The translations under genes were made by a program, and so were the position numbers. Below the pieces are notes generated by a model, which saw nothing but the letters and a program-made list of their open reading frames with translations, was not told the origin of the DNA and did not search any database. From UHGV virus genome UHGV-0038498: a stretch of 64,000 nt of DNA. One strand, written 5' to 3'. Numbering within the stretch: position 1 is the first letter of the stretch; each line of letters begins with the position of its first letter. Positions 44,752-55,525 of the stretch are shown here, piece after piece. Origin of the DNA: a virus.

Positions 44752-47700
44752 TTATTCAATCCATTCAAATTTAACAGATTTATTCACTGGGTCAGGAATA
44801 ATGCGAACATTACCAATTCGTAAGAAATCACGAATAGTAAGATTCCCCATTGTAGCATTATCAGATGGTAAAGCACCGATATCAGACGGCTGAGGAGGGT
44901 TACCTCCATCAAATACCTGAACAAAACTCGACCAAGAGTTTTTGGTTTTCTGCCATGTACGCGTCCAGCGAGTGGTACGTGCTTCTGGAGTCGTTGGATA
45001 AGTAATCCAATCTTGGTAAAGCGAATCAAGTGTGTTACCAAACTGAGTCAATGTACCAGGAGATTTAACTTCTTCACCACGTTCTAAGTATGGAAGTCCA
45101 GTCACTTCATTAGTTTTTTCAACCATTTTAAAATAACCTGGGAACTGGTTATAAGTAGCTGAATCATTAATGTCAATTGACCAGAATCCTACAGTATCAG
45201 ATGTTGGCGCACGGGTATATAAGTCAGATGTTTTAGTGCCCTGAGAACGAATTCTCGAGTTAACAGTTAAACCACCTGAATTTATAGTAGCACCTTTGGC
45301 AATGATTAAGCTTTCACCAATCGTTACTTGACCGGATGCATTGTTAATAGCTAAAGGACGTAATCCATTAAATCCGCCAGTCTGATCACCCGATGCAGTA
45401 AGCATAAAATAGGTGTTAGCAGCATCATTACGAATAAAGAATCCATAGTCGCCATTTATTGCTCTGAAAGCATTTGCAGACTTGCTGATGAATTCACCAT
45501 TGGCTGTAACTGAACTACCAAATGTTGCAACGCCGTTCGCATTCAAAGAACCCGAAGCATTAACATTTATTGGCATTACAGTACCATTGATACTAAACGT
45601 TATATTCCCAGCTTTATTGCGTTGAGAATAAAAGTGATTAGACGTTTCATCACCAACTTCAAATACAGTAGAACGTGTTGTATCTGAACCGCCACCAAAC
45701 TGATTTCCCCAAACTCTGATAGTCATCGTCTGTACTGGGTTAGTTCCAGTTTGAGGTCCTTTCTCAAAAATCAGACGAGTTGCTGTTCCAGTATTAGAAA
45801 TAGTTAATGTGCTGTTTGCCGAAACTGATCCGCCAAACGTAGCAGTACTAGATGATACAAGAGGGGCACTCAGATTCGTTTGTTGGGTTAAGGTTAGTGA
45901 ACCATTAACCGTCTGTGCAATATCCCTACGAATGAATTGAGATGAATCTAGACCATCCAATAAATTTGTATCAGCAGCTTTTGCTTTTAATGGCAAATAA
46001 TTTGCTAATACACGGTTTAATTCGTATGGTGATACTGCATAGCTATTTTTCTCGTATAATTCTAATGACTGGGTTGAACCAACTGTATCATTACCAACGA
46101 ATGTAATTGAACCAGATGAAGTTTTAACAAAGCCTCTTATCGCAGTAGTAGCTGCCCAAGTAGGTTCACTCTGCACAATCCATTTTAAATTTTTTGGAGA
46201 TACAGCAGTATTTGCTGACGTTCCAGTAACAGTTTCAGACTGGGTTGCAACTTTAATAACACCTTCCTGCGCTTCAGTAGATTTAGTACCTAAAAGCTTT
46301 TTAGGAGTTATTAAAACATTATCTAATGTTCCTGCAGCAGCTTCAACTTGTGTAGCCACACGAAGTGTACCACGCTGTGTCTCATTTGCTTCAAGAATAT
46401 TAAGGGTATAATGGTCCCAGAGAGTTCCTGATTCAACTAATCCAGATAGAGCAACAACAGAAGTACGATCAGTACTATTAAATCTAGTTTTAATTTTTAA
46501 TGGTGTAGAGATACGAGTATCGTCGACGCCTGCGTCGAATTCAACTTGTGTAGCAATTTCAGCTATACCACTTAAACTTTCAGTTGCTCTACGGTCATTT
46601 AAAGTTTTAGGAGTGACTGCACGAGTATAATCAGTTCCTGTATTAACTTCACTTTGTGTAGCAATTTCAATTAAACCAATTCTTCCATCAGTTGATGTCT
46701 TTTTATGTAACGTTTCTGGCGTTACAACCGCATTTGCCCATCCTTCTTGACTCTGTCCAGCAATTACTTCACTTTCAACTGCTAAAATTACTGCACCTTG
46801 TTGCGTTGGAGTAGCTTTATACTGATCCAGAGCTTTAGGCGAAACAACTAAATTATTAGTGTTTTTATTATAAACGTTTGTACCATTTAATTCACGACTA
46901 GAAGCTGGAGTAGCTCCTGCGGTAGATACAAAGGTTACAATACCAGATAATGACTCAGAACCTTGACGAGCTTGAAGCTTTTTAGGAGTGATGATTGTAG
47001 TATCATCAGTACCTGCATTAGTTTCCTGTTGCGTAGCAATTTCAGCAACACCTCTACGAGTTTCTGTAGCAGTTCTTTCATTCAGCTTTTTAGGAGTGAT
47101 GATAATATCATCAGCAAAAGAGAATGTGGTGTTCTGATTCACTTGAGCAGTAGTTGCTATTCTTGCGATACCTCTACGAGTTTCTGTAGCAGTACGGTTA
47201 GCTAATGTTTCTGGAGTAATTGCTAATTCTTTTTGTGGAGAATTTTCTAAATCGACATTAGCTTGCGCTTGTGTAGCTAAAGCAATCACGCCTAATCTTG
47301 CTCTAGTAGAATCGTTTAAAGAATCAACTCTTTCTACGGTTGGAACGTTTTGTTGTACAACCCAGTATTTTCCATCAGAATCTTCTATATAAGCAAGTTG
47401 TAAAACTGGAACATAATTAGTTTCACCGTTAAAAACTAATTCTTGGACAGTCACCCATTCAGCTTCAGGTGGATACTCTGAACGTTTTGGGAATTGCAGC
47501 AATTGAACTGAAGAAGCAATTTTATCTTCACCGGCAGCTTTGATTTTAACTGTTTGTCCTTTTCTCATGTAATTCATGGAAATTTTAACAGTATCACCAA
47601 CAGAAATATTAGTTGGAAGCTGAAGCTCAATTGTTTGAGTTGTTCCGTTATTCGCACCAAATACCATAACTTCTTCATTTGGACGAATGTTTGAATTAGT

Positions 47701-48621
47701 CGTTATGATACGTAAACGTGCTTTACTGTCCCCGTCAAATAATCTCCACAATTTCTCATTATCATCATACATCAAGAAACCGTCAATCGATGTACGGCCT
47801 TCAATGGAATGAGTTCCATCTTCTTGCACTGATGTCGTTTCATCATATGTAGTAACAATTGTATGATAAAGAGGGTTTAATTTATCCAAATCGACGAAAT
47901 TAATAATATCGCCGTGATTAGCAAATCTCGGAAGTTTAATATTTATCGGTGCAGCAGAAGTAAATCTACGTACGATAAAATCGTTGGATTGTGCTTGATA
48001 AGTATTCGCTGGTGTTACAACTACAGCTTCTCTACTATAATCAGCTACATACATTTGCCACAGACGATTACTAAAAATTAAAACTAACTGTGACTTTGGA
48101 TGAGTCATTAGTACTGAACGTACTTGCTCGCCTCTGAAGTTTACAATACTTTGCACTGGAGCTACAATTAAAACTTGGTTAACTCCAGGTTTTCCTCCAA
48201 TATCTTGGAGAACTATAGTATCACCGTCAATTGGGGTAGATGGTAAAGTAAATGTAATATCATTACCAGCTGCAGTGTTAACCGAAATAGCTTCACCGGA
48301 TTTTAATTGATATGAACCAGATGAGACTGTAATCCAGTTAGCATCGGTACGTAATGCTCTCCAGCGTCCGCTATTAAAAGGTCCTGCCGGTTTTGGAATA
48401 TCATTTATAGCAGCCCAAAAGCGGTTATCATAAATGATTACAAAATCTTTTAAATATCCACGAGTTGGATCGTATTGTTGAACTGTGTTTTCTTGAATTA
48501 GGTAATCAACGTTAACACCGTCAGTTCCTACGGCACGATCAGCTAAAGCTACGTTGATTATTTTATCGCCACCTGCGTCCAGACCATCTTCTGCTCTGAA
48601 CTTTCTTTTAATCTCGGCCAT
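44752..48621 (-). CDS. 34: Long tail fibre proximal subunit gp34
   Basis: 1289 aa MAEIKRKFRAEDGLDAGGDKIINVALADRAVGTDGVNVDYLIQENTVQQYDPTRGYLKD...; T4 gp34 length; internal array of about 7 repeats of an ETRRG(I/V)A(E/R)IAT...ITPKKL motif. Confidence 0.92.
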   Translation of the reverse strand: MAEIKRKFRAEDGLDAGGDKIINVALADRAVGTDGVNVDYLIQENTVQQYDPTRGYLKDFVIIYDNRFWAAINDIPKPAGPFNSGRWRALRTDANWITVSSGSYQLKSGEAISVNTAAGNDITFTLPSTPIDGDTIVLQDIGGKPGVNQVLIVAPVQSIVNFRGEQVRSVLMTHPKSQLVLIFSNRLWQMYVADYSREAVVVTPANTYQAQSNDFIVRRFTSAAPINIKLPRFANHGDIINFVDLDKLNPLYHTIVTTYDETTSVQEDGTHSIEGRTSIDGFLMYDDNEKLWRLFDGDSKARLRIITTNSNIRPNEEVMVFGANNGTTQTIELQLPTNISVGDTVKISMNYMRKGQTVKIKAAGEDKIASSVQLLQFPKRSEYPPEAEWVTVQELVFNGETNYVPVLQLAYIEDSDGKYWVVQQNVPTVERVDSLNDSTRARLGVIALATQAQANVDLENSPQKELAITPETLANRTATETRRGIARIATTAQVNQNTTFSFADDIIITPKKLNERTATETRRGVAEIATQQETNAGTDDTTIITPKKLQARQGSESLSGIVTFVSTAGATPASSRELNGTNVYNKNTNNLVVSPKALDQYKATPTQQGAVILAVESEVIAGQSQEGWANAVVTPETLHKKTSTDGRIGLIEIATQSEVNTGTDYTRAVTPKTLNDRRATESLSGIAEIATQVEFDAGVDDTRISTPLKIKTRFNSTDRTSVVALSGLVESGTLWDHYTLNILEANETQRGTLRVATQVEAAAGTLDNVLITPKKLLGTKSTEAQEGVIKVATQSETVTGTSANTAVSPKNLKWIVQSEPTWAATTAIRGFVKTSSGSITFVGNDTVGSTQSLELYEKNSYAVSPYELNRVLANYLPLKAKAADTNLLDGLDSSQFIRRDIAQTVNGSLTLTQQTNLSAPLVSSSTATFGGSVSANSTLTISNTGTATRLIFEKGPQTGTNPVQTMTIRVWGNQFGGGSDTTRSTVFEVGDETSNHFYSQRNKAGNITFSINGTVMPINVNASGSLNANGVATFGSSVTANGEFISKSANAFRAINGDYGFFIRNDAANTYFMLTASGDQTGGFNGLRPLAINNASGQVTIGESLIIAKGATINSGGLTVNSRIRSQGTKTSDLYTRAPTSDTVGFWSIDINDSATYNQFPGYFKMVEKTNEVTGLPYLERGEEVKSPGTLTQFGNTLDSLYQDWITYPTTPEARTTRWTRTWQKTKNSWSSFVQVFDGGNPPQPSDIGALPSDNATMGNLTIRDFLRIGNVRIIPDPVNKSVKFEWIE

Positions 48622-48655
48622 TCTCCCGGGCTCCTATTGTGTTTTCAATAATAAG

Positions 48656-48663
48656 TATTTATA
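48656..48663 (-). promoter_or_regulatory. Late promoter TATAAATA (minus strand) for gene 34
   Basis: Plus-strand TATTTATA about 35 nt upstream of the gene 34 start. Confidence 0.55.
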
Positions 48664-48698
48664 CTTGTTTACTTTAAGATTCGGATGGTATATAATAG
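48664..48698 (+). promoter_or_regulatory. Early promoter for rnh (-35 GTTTAC 48667-48672, -10 TATAAT 48691-48696)
   Basis: GTTTAC-N18-TATAAT; back to back with the minus-strand late promoter. Confidence 0.55.
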
Positions 48699-48725
48699 AA
48701 ATCTCACTAATTGAACGAGGTTCAT

Positions 48726-49643
48726 ATGGATTTAGAAATGATGCTGGATGAAGATTACAAAGAAGGAATCTGCTTAATTGACTTTAGTCAAATTGCGCTT
48801 TCAACTGCTTTGGTAAACTTCCCAGATAAAGAAAAAATTAATTTATCAATGGTTCGTCATTTGATATTGAACTCAATTAAGTTTAATGTCAAAAAAGCAA
48901 AAACTCTTGGATACACTAAAATTGTACTGTGTATTGATAATGCGAAATCTGGATACTGGCGTCGTGATTTTGCTTATTATTATAAGAAAAACCGTGGAAA
49001 AGCACGAGAAGAATCTACTTGGGACTGGGAAGGTTATTTTGAATCCAGTCATAAAGTTATAGATGAATTGAAAGCTTATATGCCATACATTGTTATGGAT
49101 ATTGATAAGTATGAAGCAGATGACCATATTGCTGTTCTTGTTAAAAAGTTCTCTTTAGAAGGACATAAGATTTTAATCATTTCATCTGATGGTGACTTTA
49201 CTCAACTTCATAAATACCCAAATGTTAAGCAATGGTCACCGATGCACAAGAAATGGGTTAAAATTAAAAGCGGTTCTGCTGAAATTGACTGTATGACTAA
49301 AATCCTTAAAGGTGACAAAAAGGATAACGTTGCTTCAGTTAAAGTACGGTCTGACTTTTGGTTTACTAGAGTTGAAGGTGAACGAACTCCTTCAATGAAA
49401 ACCTCTATTGTCGAAGCTATTGCTAATGACCGCGAGCAAGCTAAGGTGCTTCTCACAGAATCTGAATATAATCGTTATAAAGAAAATTTAGTTCTAATTG
49501 ATTTTGATTATATTCCTGATAATATTGCTTCAAACATTGTGAATTACTATAATTCATATAAATTACCGCCGCGTGGCAAAATTTATTCATATTTTGTAAA
49601 AGCGGGACTTTCTAAATTAACTAATAGCATTAATGAATTTTGA
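48726..49643 (+). CDS. rnh: RNase H / 5'-3' flap exonuclease (FEN-1 family)
   Basis: 305 aa from ATG 48726 (MDLEMMLDEDYKEGICLIDFSQIALSTALVNF...); T4 RNase H length and sequence; track start 48711 is a TTG extension. Confidence 0.92.
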   Translation: MDLEMMLDEDYKEGICLIDFSQIALSTALVNFPDKEKINLSMVRHLILNSIKFNVKKAKTLGYTKIVLCIDNAKSGYWRRDFAYYYKKNRGKAREESTWDWEGYFESSHKVIDELKAYMPYIVMDIDKYEADDHIAVLVKKFSLEGHKILIISSDGDFTQLHKYPNVKQWSPMHKKWVKIKSGSAEIDCMTKILKGDKKDNVASVKVRSDFWFTRVEGERTPSMKTSIVEAIANDREQAKVLLTESEYNRYKENLVLIDFDYIPDNIASNIVNYYNSYKLPPRGKIYSYFVKAGLSKLTNSINEF

Positions 49644-49651
49644 GGTGAATA

Positions 49652-49921
49652 ATGGCTAAAAAAGAAATGGTTGAATTTGATGAAGCTATCCATGGCGAAG
49701 ACTTGGCTAAATTTATCAAAGAAGCATCTGATCATAAACTGAAAATTTCCGGTTATAATGAATTGATTAAAGACATTCGAATTCGTGCCAAAGATGAACT
49801 TGGTGTTGATGGCAAGATGTTTAATCGTCTATTAGCTTTGTATCATAAAGATAACCGTGATGTGTTTGAAGCTGAAACTGAAGAGGTAGTTGAACTTTAT
49901 GACACAGTTTTCTCTAAATGA
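49652..49921 (+). CDS. dsbA: Double-stranded DNA-binding protein DsbA (late transcription enhancer)
   Basis: 89 aa MAKKEMVEFDEAIHGEDLAKFIKEASDHKLKISGYNELIKDIRIRAK...; T4 DsbA. Confidence 0.85.
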   Translation: MAKKEMVEFDEAIHGEDLAKFIKEASDHKLKISGYNELIKDIRIRAKDELGVDGKMFNRLLALYHKDNRDVFEAETEEVVELYDTVFSK

Positions 49922-50237
49922 TATTCGTCCGGTCGATGAGACCGGTCTTTCAGAAAAAGAACTTTCAATTAAGAAAGAAAAGGATGAAATTGCAAAGCTT
50001 CTTGACCGCCAAGAAAATGGATTTATTATTGAAAAAATGGTAGAAGAGTTTGGAATGAGTTATCTTGAAGCTACAACAGCGTTCTTAGAAGAAAATTCTA
50101 TTCCTGAAACTCAATTTGCTAAATTTATTCCTTCGGGTATAATTGAAAAAATTCAGTCAGAAGCTATCGACGAAAATCTTTTACGTCCTTCTGTTGTTCG
50201 TTGTGAAAAAACTAATACATTAGATTTTCTACTATGA
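49899..50237 (+). CDS. 33: Late-promoter transcription accessory protein gp33
   Basis: 112 aa from ATG 49899 (MTQFSLNDIRPVDETGLSEKELSIKKEKDEIAKLL...); T4 gp33 length; overlaps dsbA 3' end. Confidence 0.85.
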   Translation: MTQFSLNDIRPVDETGLSEKELSIKKEKDEIAKLLDRQENGFIIEKMVEEFGMSYLEATTAFLEENSIPETQFAKFIPSGIIEKIQSEAIDENLLRPSVVRCEKTNTLDFLL

Positions 50238-50887
50238 TTAAACTCCGCATGCCTGCTGATGGTGAAAGATACATTGATGGTAAATCAGTTTATAAATTAT
50301 ACTTAATGATAAAACAGCATATGAATGGAAAGTATGATGTAATTAAGTATAATTGGTGCATGCGGGTGTCTGATGCCGCTTATCAAAAGCGAAGGGATAA
50401 GTATTTTTTCCAGAAGTTATCAGAAAAATATAAATTAAAGGAACTTGCTTTAATCTTTATAAGCAATCTGGTTGCTAACCAAGATGCTTGGATTGGTGAC
50501 ATCTCTGACGCTGATGCACTTGTGTTTTATCGTGAATATATCGGACGCTTAAAGCAAATTAAATTTAAGTTTGAAGAAGATATTCGCAACATTTATTATT
50601 TTAGTAAAAAAGTTGAAGTTTCTGCTTTTAAAGAAATCTTTGAGTATAATCCAAAAGTCCAATCGAGTTATATTTTTAAACTACTTCAATCGAATATAAT
50701 TTCGTTTGAGACGTTTATCCTGCTTGATTCGTTTTTAAATATAATCGATAAACATGATGAACAGACTGATAATTTAGTCTGGAATAATTATTCTATAAAG
50801 TTAAAGGCTTATAGAAAAATTTTAAATATTGATTCACAGAAAGCTAAAAGTGTTTTCATTGAAACTGTGAAATCTTGCAAGTATTAA
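50234..50887 (+). CDS. 59: Helicase loader gp59
   Basis: 217 aa MIKLRMPADGERYIDGKSVYKLYLMIKQHMNGKYDVIKYNWCMRVSDAAYQKRR...; T4 gp59. Confidence 0.9.
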   Translation: MIKLRMPADGERYIDGKSVYKLYLMIKQHMNGKYDVIKYNWCMRVSDAAYQKRRDKYFFQKLSEKYKLKELALIFISNLVANQDAWIGDISDADALVFYREYIGRLKQIKFKFEEDIRNIYYFSKKVEVSAFKEIFEYNPKVQSSYIFKLLQSNIISFETFILLDSFLNIIDKHDEQTDNLVWNNYSIKLKAYRKILNIDSQKAKSVFIETVKSCKY

Positions 50888-50888
50888 T

Positions 50889-50913
50889 TGCTTATTATAA
50901 ATAGATTATAATT
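50889..50913 (+). promoter_or_regulatory. Candidate MotA-dependent middle promoter for gene 32 (TGCTT 50889-50893, -10 TATAAT 50908-50913)
   Basis: MotA box 19 nt upstream of TATAAT, the canonical middle-promoter spacing. Confidence 0.4.
50896..50903 (+). promoter_or_regulatory. Late promoter TATAAATA for gene 32
   Basis: Exact TATAAATA overlapping the middle promoter. Confidence 0.45.
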
Positions 50914-50919
50914 ATCTCA

Positions 50920-50986
50920 CTGACCAGCTATGAGGTAAAGTGTCATAGCACCAACTGTTAATTAATTAAATCAAAAAGGAAATAAA
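50920..50986 (+). promoter_or_regulatory. Gene 32 autoregulatory leader (GCTATGA/TCATAGC stem region plus AU-rich UUAAUUAAUUAAA tract)
   Basis: Inverted repeat and long unstructured A/U tract directly 5' of the gene 32 SD, as in the T4 gp32 translational operator. Confidence 0.5.
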
Positions 50987-51895
50987 ATGTTTAAACGTAA
51001 ATCTACTGCTGAACTCGCTGCACAAATGGCTAAACTGGCTGGAAATAAAGGTGGTTTTTCTTCTGAAGATAAAGGCGAGTGGAAACTGAAACTCGACAAT
51101 GCGGGTAACGGTCAAGCAGTAATTCGTTTTCTTCCGTCTAAAAATGATGAACAAGCACCATTTGCACTTCTTGTAAATCACGGTTTCAAGAAAAATGGTA
51201 AATGGTATATCGAAACATGCTCATCTACCTACGGTGATTACGATTCTTGTCCAGTATGTCAGTACATCAGTAAAAATGATTTGTATAACACTGACAATAA
51301 AGAGTACGGTCTTGTTAAACGTAAAACTTCTTACTGGGCTAACATTCTTGTAGTAAAAGACCCGGCTGCTCCAGAAAATGAAGGTAAAGTATTTAAATAC
51401 CGTTTCGGTAAGAAAATCTGGGATAAAATCAATGCAATGATTGCAGTTGATGTTGAAATGGGTGAAACTCCGGTTGATGTAACTTGTCCGTGGGAAGGTG
51501 CTAACTTTGTACTGAAAGTTAAACAAGTTTCTGGTTTTAGTAACTACGACGAATCTAAATTCCTGAATCAATCTGCGATTCCAAACATTGATGATGAATC
51601 TTTCCAGAAAGAACTGTTCGAACAAATGGTTGACCTTTCTGAAATGACTTCTAAAGATAAATTCAAATCGTTTGAAGAACTGAGCACTAAGTTCAGTCAA
51701 GTTATGGGAACTGCTGCTATGGGTGGTGCCGCAGCGACTGCCGCTAAGAAAGCTGATAAAGTTGCTGATGATTTGGATGCATTCAATGTTGATGACTTCA
51801 ATACAAAAACTGAAGATGATTTTATGAGCTCAAGCTCTGGCAGTTCATCTAGTGCTGATGACACGGACCTGGATGACCTTTTGAATGACCTTTAA
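50987..51895 (+). CDS. 32: Single-stranded DNA-binding protein gp32
   Basis: 302 aa [59 protein letters not shown]...[12 protein letters not shown]; T4 gp32. Confidence 0.96.
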   Translation: MFKRKSTAELAAQMAKLAGNKGGFSSEDKGEWKLKLDNAGNGQAVIRFLPSKNDEQAPFALLVNHGFKKNGKWYIETCSSTYGDYDSCPVCQYISKNDLYNTDNKEYGLVKRKTSYWANILVVKDPAAPENEGKVFKYRFGKKIWDKINAMIAVDVEMGETPVDVTCPWEGANFVLKVKQVSGFSNYDESKFLNQSAIPNIDDESFQKELFEQMVDLSEMTSKDKFKSFEELSTKFSQVMGTAAMGGAAATAAKKADKVADDLDAFNVDDFNTKTEDDFMSSSSGSSSSADDTDLDDLLNDL

Positions 51896-51917
51896 TAGAT
51901 TATATTACTAATTAATT

Positions 51918-51943
51918 GGGGACCCTAGAGGTCCCCTTTTTTT
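51918..51943 (+). terminator. Rho-independent terminator (GGGGACC-CTAGA-GGTCCCC + TTTTTTT)
   Basis: 7 bp perfect stem followed by T7 run after gene 32. Confidence 0.78.
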
Positions 51944-51963
51944 ATTTCAAAATTTTTTCACAA

Positions 51964-52000
51964 AACGGTTTACATACCACAAGGACTGTGGTACTATACA
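51964..52000 (+). promoter_or_regulatory. Early promoter (-35 GTTTAC 51968-51973, -10 TACTAT 51992-51997)
   Basis: GTTTAC-N18-TACTAT; member of the repeated cassette. Confidence 0.55.
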
Positions 52001-52040
52001 ACTATCAGCAATACTGCTGATGATTAAAGAGGAAAATAAT

Positions 52041-52268
52041 ATGGCTAAAGTTGATATTGACATCGTTGATTTTGAATATATTGAAGAAATTATTCGTAAT
52101 CGTTATCCTGAACTTAGTATCACAAGCGTGCAAGATTCTAAGTTTTGGAGTATTCAAATCGTTATTGAAGGTCCTCTTGAAGACCTCACCCGCTTTATGG
52201 CTAATGAATATTGTGATGGCATGGATTCTGAAGACGCAGAATTTTACATGGGACTGATTGAACAATAA
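52041..52268 (+). CDS. Hypothetical protein (frd.3-like position)
   Basis: 75 aa from ATG 52041 after AAGAGGAAAATAAT ([26 protein letters not shown]...). Confidence 0.5.
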   Translation: MAKVDIDIVDFEYIEEIIRNRYPELSITSVQDSKFWSIQIVIEGPLEDLTRFMANEYCDGMDSEDAEFYMGLIEQ

Positions 52269-52313
52269 TTATCAAGGGGGCTATCAAGCCCCCATTAAAA
52301 TGAGGAAAATGCA

Positions 52314-52694
52314 ATGTATACTGGTAGAAAATATGAACTTGTTCCAAGACTTATTGATACATTTATTAATTATAGCCCACGTTCCAATTCATCAATAGTT
52401 AAAGCTATTCGAGATAATGGCGGATGGTTTGAAGTTAAAGAAGTTTCCGTCGCCAATGGATACAAAGCAGTAAAACACATTGAATGCGCAAATGGAAAGC
52501 ATTTTTATCTCAAAGATAGACTTTTAGAAATTTGTGAAGATGAATTTCATTGTTTTCGTGAGTATAAAGAATCGACTTCCGAAGAAGATGAAGTCGAAGA
52601 CAAGGTTTCTGGCGTAACAAAAATTCACTGCATTGTTGACGAAAATAATGTAGACGAAATCATTGAACTTTTGCGAAAAACTTTCAAAAAGTAG
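52314..52694 (+). CDS. Hypothetical protein
   Basis: 126 aa ORF with GAGGAAAATGCA upstream. Confidence 0.5.
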   Translation: MYTGRKYELVPRLIDTFINYSPRSNSSIVKAIRDNGGWFEVKEVSVANGYKAVKHIECANGKHFYLKDRLLEICEDEFHCFREYKESTSEEDEVEDKVSGVTKIHCIVDENNVDEIIELLRKTFKK

Positions 52695-52726
52695 TTTACA
52701 GTAGGGTAGTAGTGTGATACTATTAC
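52690..52726 (+). promoter_or_regulatory. Early promoter (-35 GTTTAC 52694-52699, -10 TACTAT 52718-52723) embedded in a 9 bp stem hairpin (GGGTAGTAG / CTATTACCC)
   Basis: GTTTAC-N18-TACTAT; inverted repeat 52704-52712 / 52720-52728. Confidence 0.5.
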
Positions 52727-52748
52727 CCTATCAACTAAGGAGAATAAA

Positions 52749-52991
52749 ATGAGATTACAACGTCAGAGCATTAAAGATTCAGAAGTTAGGGGTAAATGGT
52801 ATTTTAATATCATCGGTAAAGATTCTGAACTTGTTGAAAAAGCTGAACGTCTTTTGCGTGATATGGGATGGGAAGATGAATGCGATGGATGTCCTCTTTA
52901 TGAAGATGGAGAAAGCGCAGGATTCTGGATTTACCATTCTGATGTTGATCAGTTTAAAGCTGATTGGAAAACTGTGAAAAAGTCTGTTTGA
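52749..52991 (+). CDS. Hypothetical protein
   Basis: 80 aa ORF after AAGGAGAATAAA. Confidence 0.5.
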   Translation: MRLQRQSIKDSEVRGKWYFNIIGKDSELVEKAERLLRDMGWEDECDGCPLYEDGESAGFWIYHSDVDQFKADWKTVKKSV

Positions 52992-53001
52992 GGAAAATAT
53001 T

Positions 53002-53334
53002 ATGTCTGACATTCATGTAACTGGAATTTCTCAAGTAAACATTCGCTGTCAATTTAAAACTGTACCTGGGGTGACTCATATTACTTTATCACATGACCCA
53101 TATTCTCGTGGAAGACAGTTAACTGGAGTAATTAAGTTTTTCGGTGGAATTGGCGGTAATGAATTTACTATAGGCGATGACGAAATTGTTGGCTGTAAAT
53201 TAAAAGTTCAGAAGGGTGTGCTAGAACTTTTTAATGATGAAGTTTTTGATGAAATCTCACAAGCAGTTAACAAAGGAATGGTAACATTAGTTAAAATGAT
53301 TAAAGCTAGTGGATATGTTCCTGATCCTTTTTAA
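53002..53334 (+). CDS. Hypothetical protein
   Basis: 110 aa ORF after GAGGAAAATATT. Confidence 0.5.
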   Translation: MSDIHVTGISQVNIRCQFKTVPGVTHITLSHDPYSRGRQLTGVIKFFGGIGGNEFTIGDDEIVGCKLKVQKGVLELFNDEVFDEISQAVNKGMVTLVKMIKASGYVPDPF

Positions 53335-53345
53335 TAGGAGATAAT

Positions 53346-54377
<1,032 letters not shown>

Positions 54378-54378
<1 letters not shown>

Positions 54379-55238
54379 TGAAACAATACCAATTTTTAAT
54401 TAAAGATATCCTGGAAAACGGTTATGAAACCGATGACCGAACAGGCACAGGAACAATTGCTTTGTTCGGTACTAAATTACGCTGGGATTTAACTAAAGGT
54501 TTTCCTGCAGTAACGACTAAGAAGCTCGCCTGGAAAGCTTGTATTGCTGAGCTAATATGGTTTTTATCGGGAAGCACGAATGTCAATGATTTACGATTAA
54601 TTCAACATGATTCATTAATTCAAGGTAAAACAGTTTGGGATGAAAATTACGAAAATCAAGCAAAAGATTTAGGATACCATAGCGGTGAACTTGGTCCAAT
54701 TTATGGAAAACAATGGCGCGATTTTGGTGGTGTAGACCAAATTATAGAAGTTGTTGATCGTATTAAAAAACTGCCAAATGATAGGCGTCAAATTGTTTCT
54801 GCATGGAATCCAGCTGAACTTAAATATATGGCATTACCGCCTTGTCATATGTTCTATCAATTTAACGTACGTAATGGCTATTTGGATTTGCAGTGGTATC
54901 AACGTTCGGTAGATGTTTTCCTCGGTCTTCCATTTAATATTGCATCATATGCTACGTTAGTTCATATTGTAGCTAAGATGTGTAATCTTATTCCAGGAGA
55001 TTTGATATTTTCTGGTGGTAATACTCATATCTATATGAATCACGTAGAACAATGTAAAGAACTTTTGCGTCGTGAACCTATGGATTTATGCGAATTACAA
55101 TTAAAATTTCCAGATGAATTTGATGAATGGGACACAGAATCACAGGTATTTTGGTTGAGTCAATTCGCAAAGCCACATAATTTTGTTCTTAACAACTACG
55201 TATCTCACCCGCCAATTAAAGGAAAGATGGCGGTGTAA
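54378..55238 (+). CDS. td: Thymidylate synthase, intron-free
   Basis: 286 aa from ATG 54378 (MKQYQFLIKDILENGYETDDRTGTGTIALFGTKLRWDLTKGFPAVTTKKLAWKACIAELIWFLSGSTN...); catalytic Cys in ALPPCH; single uninterrupted frame. Confidence 0.92.
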
Positions 55239-55261
55239 TTTTAATTTAATTGAGAGGATAT

Positions 55262-55525
55262 ATGATTTTACGATTTAAGGATACTTCTGGTGTCGTTCTT
55301 TTTACACTTCCTAATCCAAGTGAGTTAGAAGTTCCAGGACCAGAACAACCTATTATCATTTATGGTAAAAAATACTATACTCATAAAATGACTCGTGAGT
55401 ATTTTGATAATAAAATTTCTACAGTTAAAACTTCTTCTGATTGTTATTATGATATTACTGTTTTAACGGAACAACAATATGACGAATTATTACCGCGCGG
55501 GCCGTCTATGCCGGGTAGTGAATAA
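55262..55525 (+). CDS. Hypothetical protein
   Basis: 87 aa from ATG 55262 after GAGAGGATAT. Confidence 0.45.
   Translation: MILRFKDTSGVVLFTLPNPSELEVPGPEQPIIIYGKKYYTHKMTREYFDNKISTVKTSSDCYYDITVLTEQQYDELLPRGPSMPGSE

Noticed and set aside
39617-47205. Short ORFs inside tail-fibre genes (39617..39886, 41727..41933, 44784..45041, 46963..47205)
   Set aside because: Embedded in the long, well-supported gp37 and gp34 frames on either strand; no ribosome-binding sites; typical spurious ORFs.
51221-51700. 159 aa minus-strand ORF inside gene 32
   Set aside because: Antisense to one of the most conserved genes in the window; no SD; composition typical of antisense AT-rich frames.
52266-52293. GC hairpin GGGGGC-TATCAA-GCCCCC after ORF 52041..52268 as a terminator
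   Set aside because: No U-run follows on either strand; kept only as a possible RNA stability element, not annotated as a terminator.
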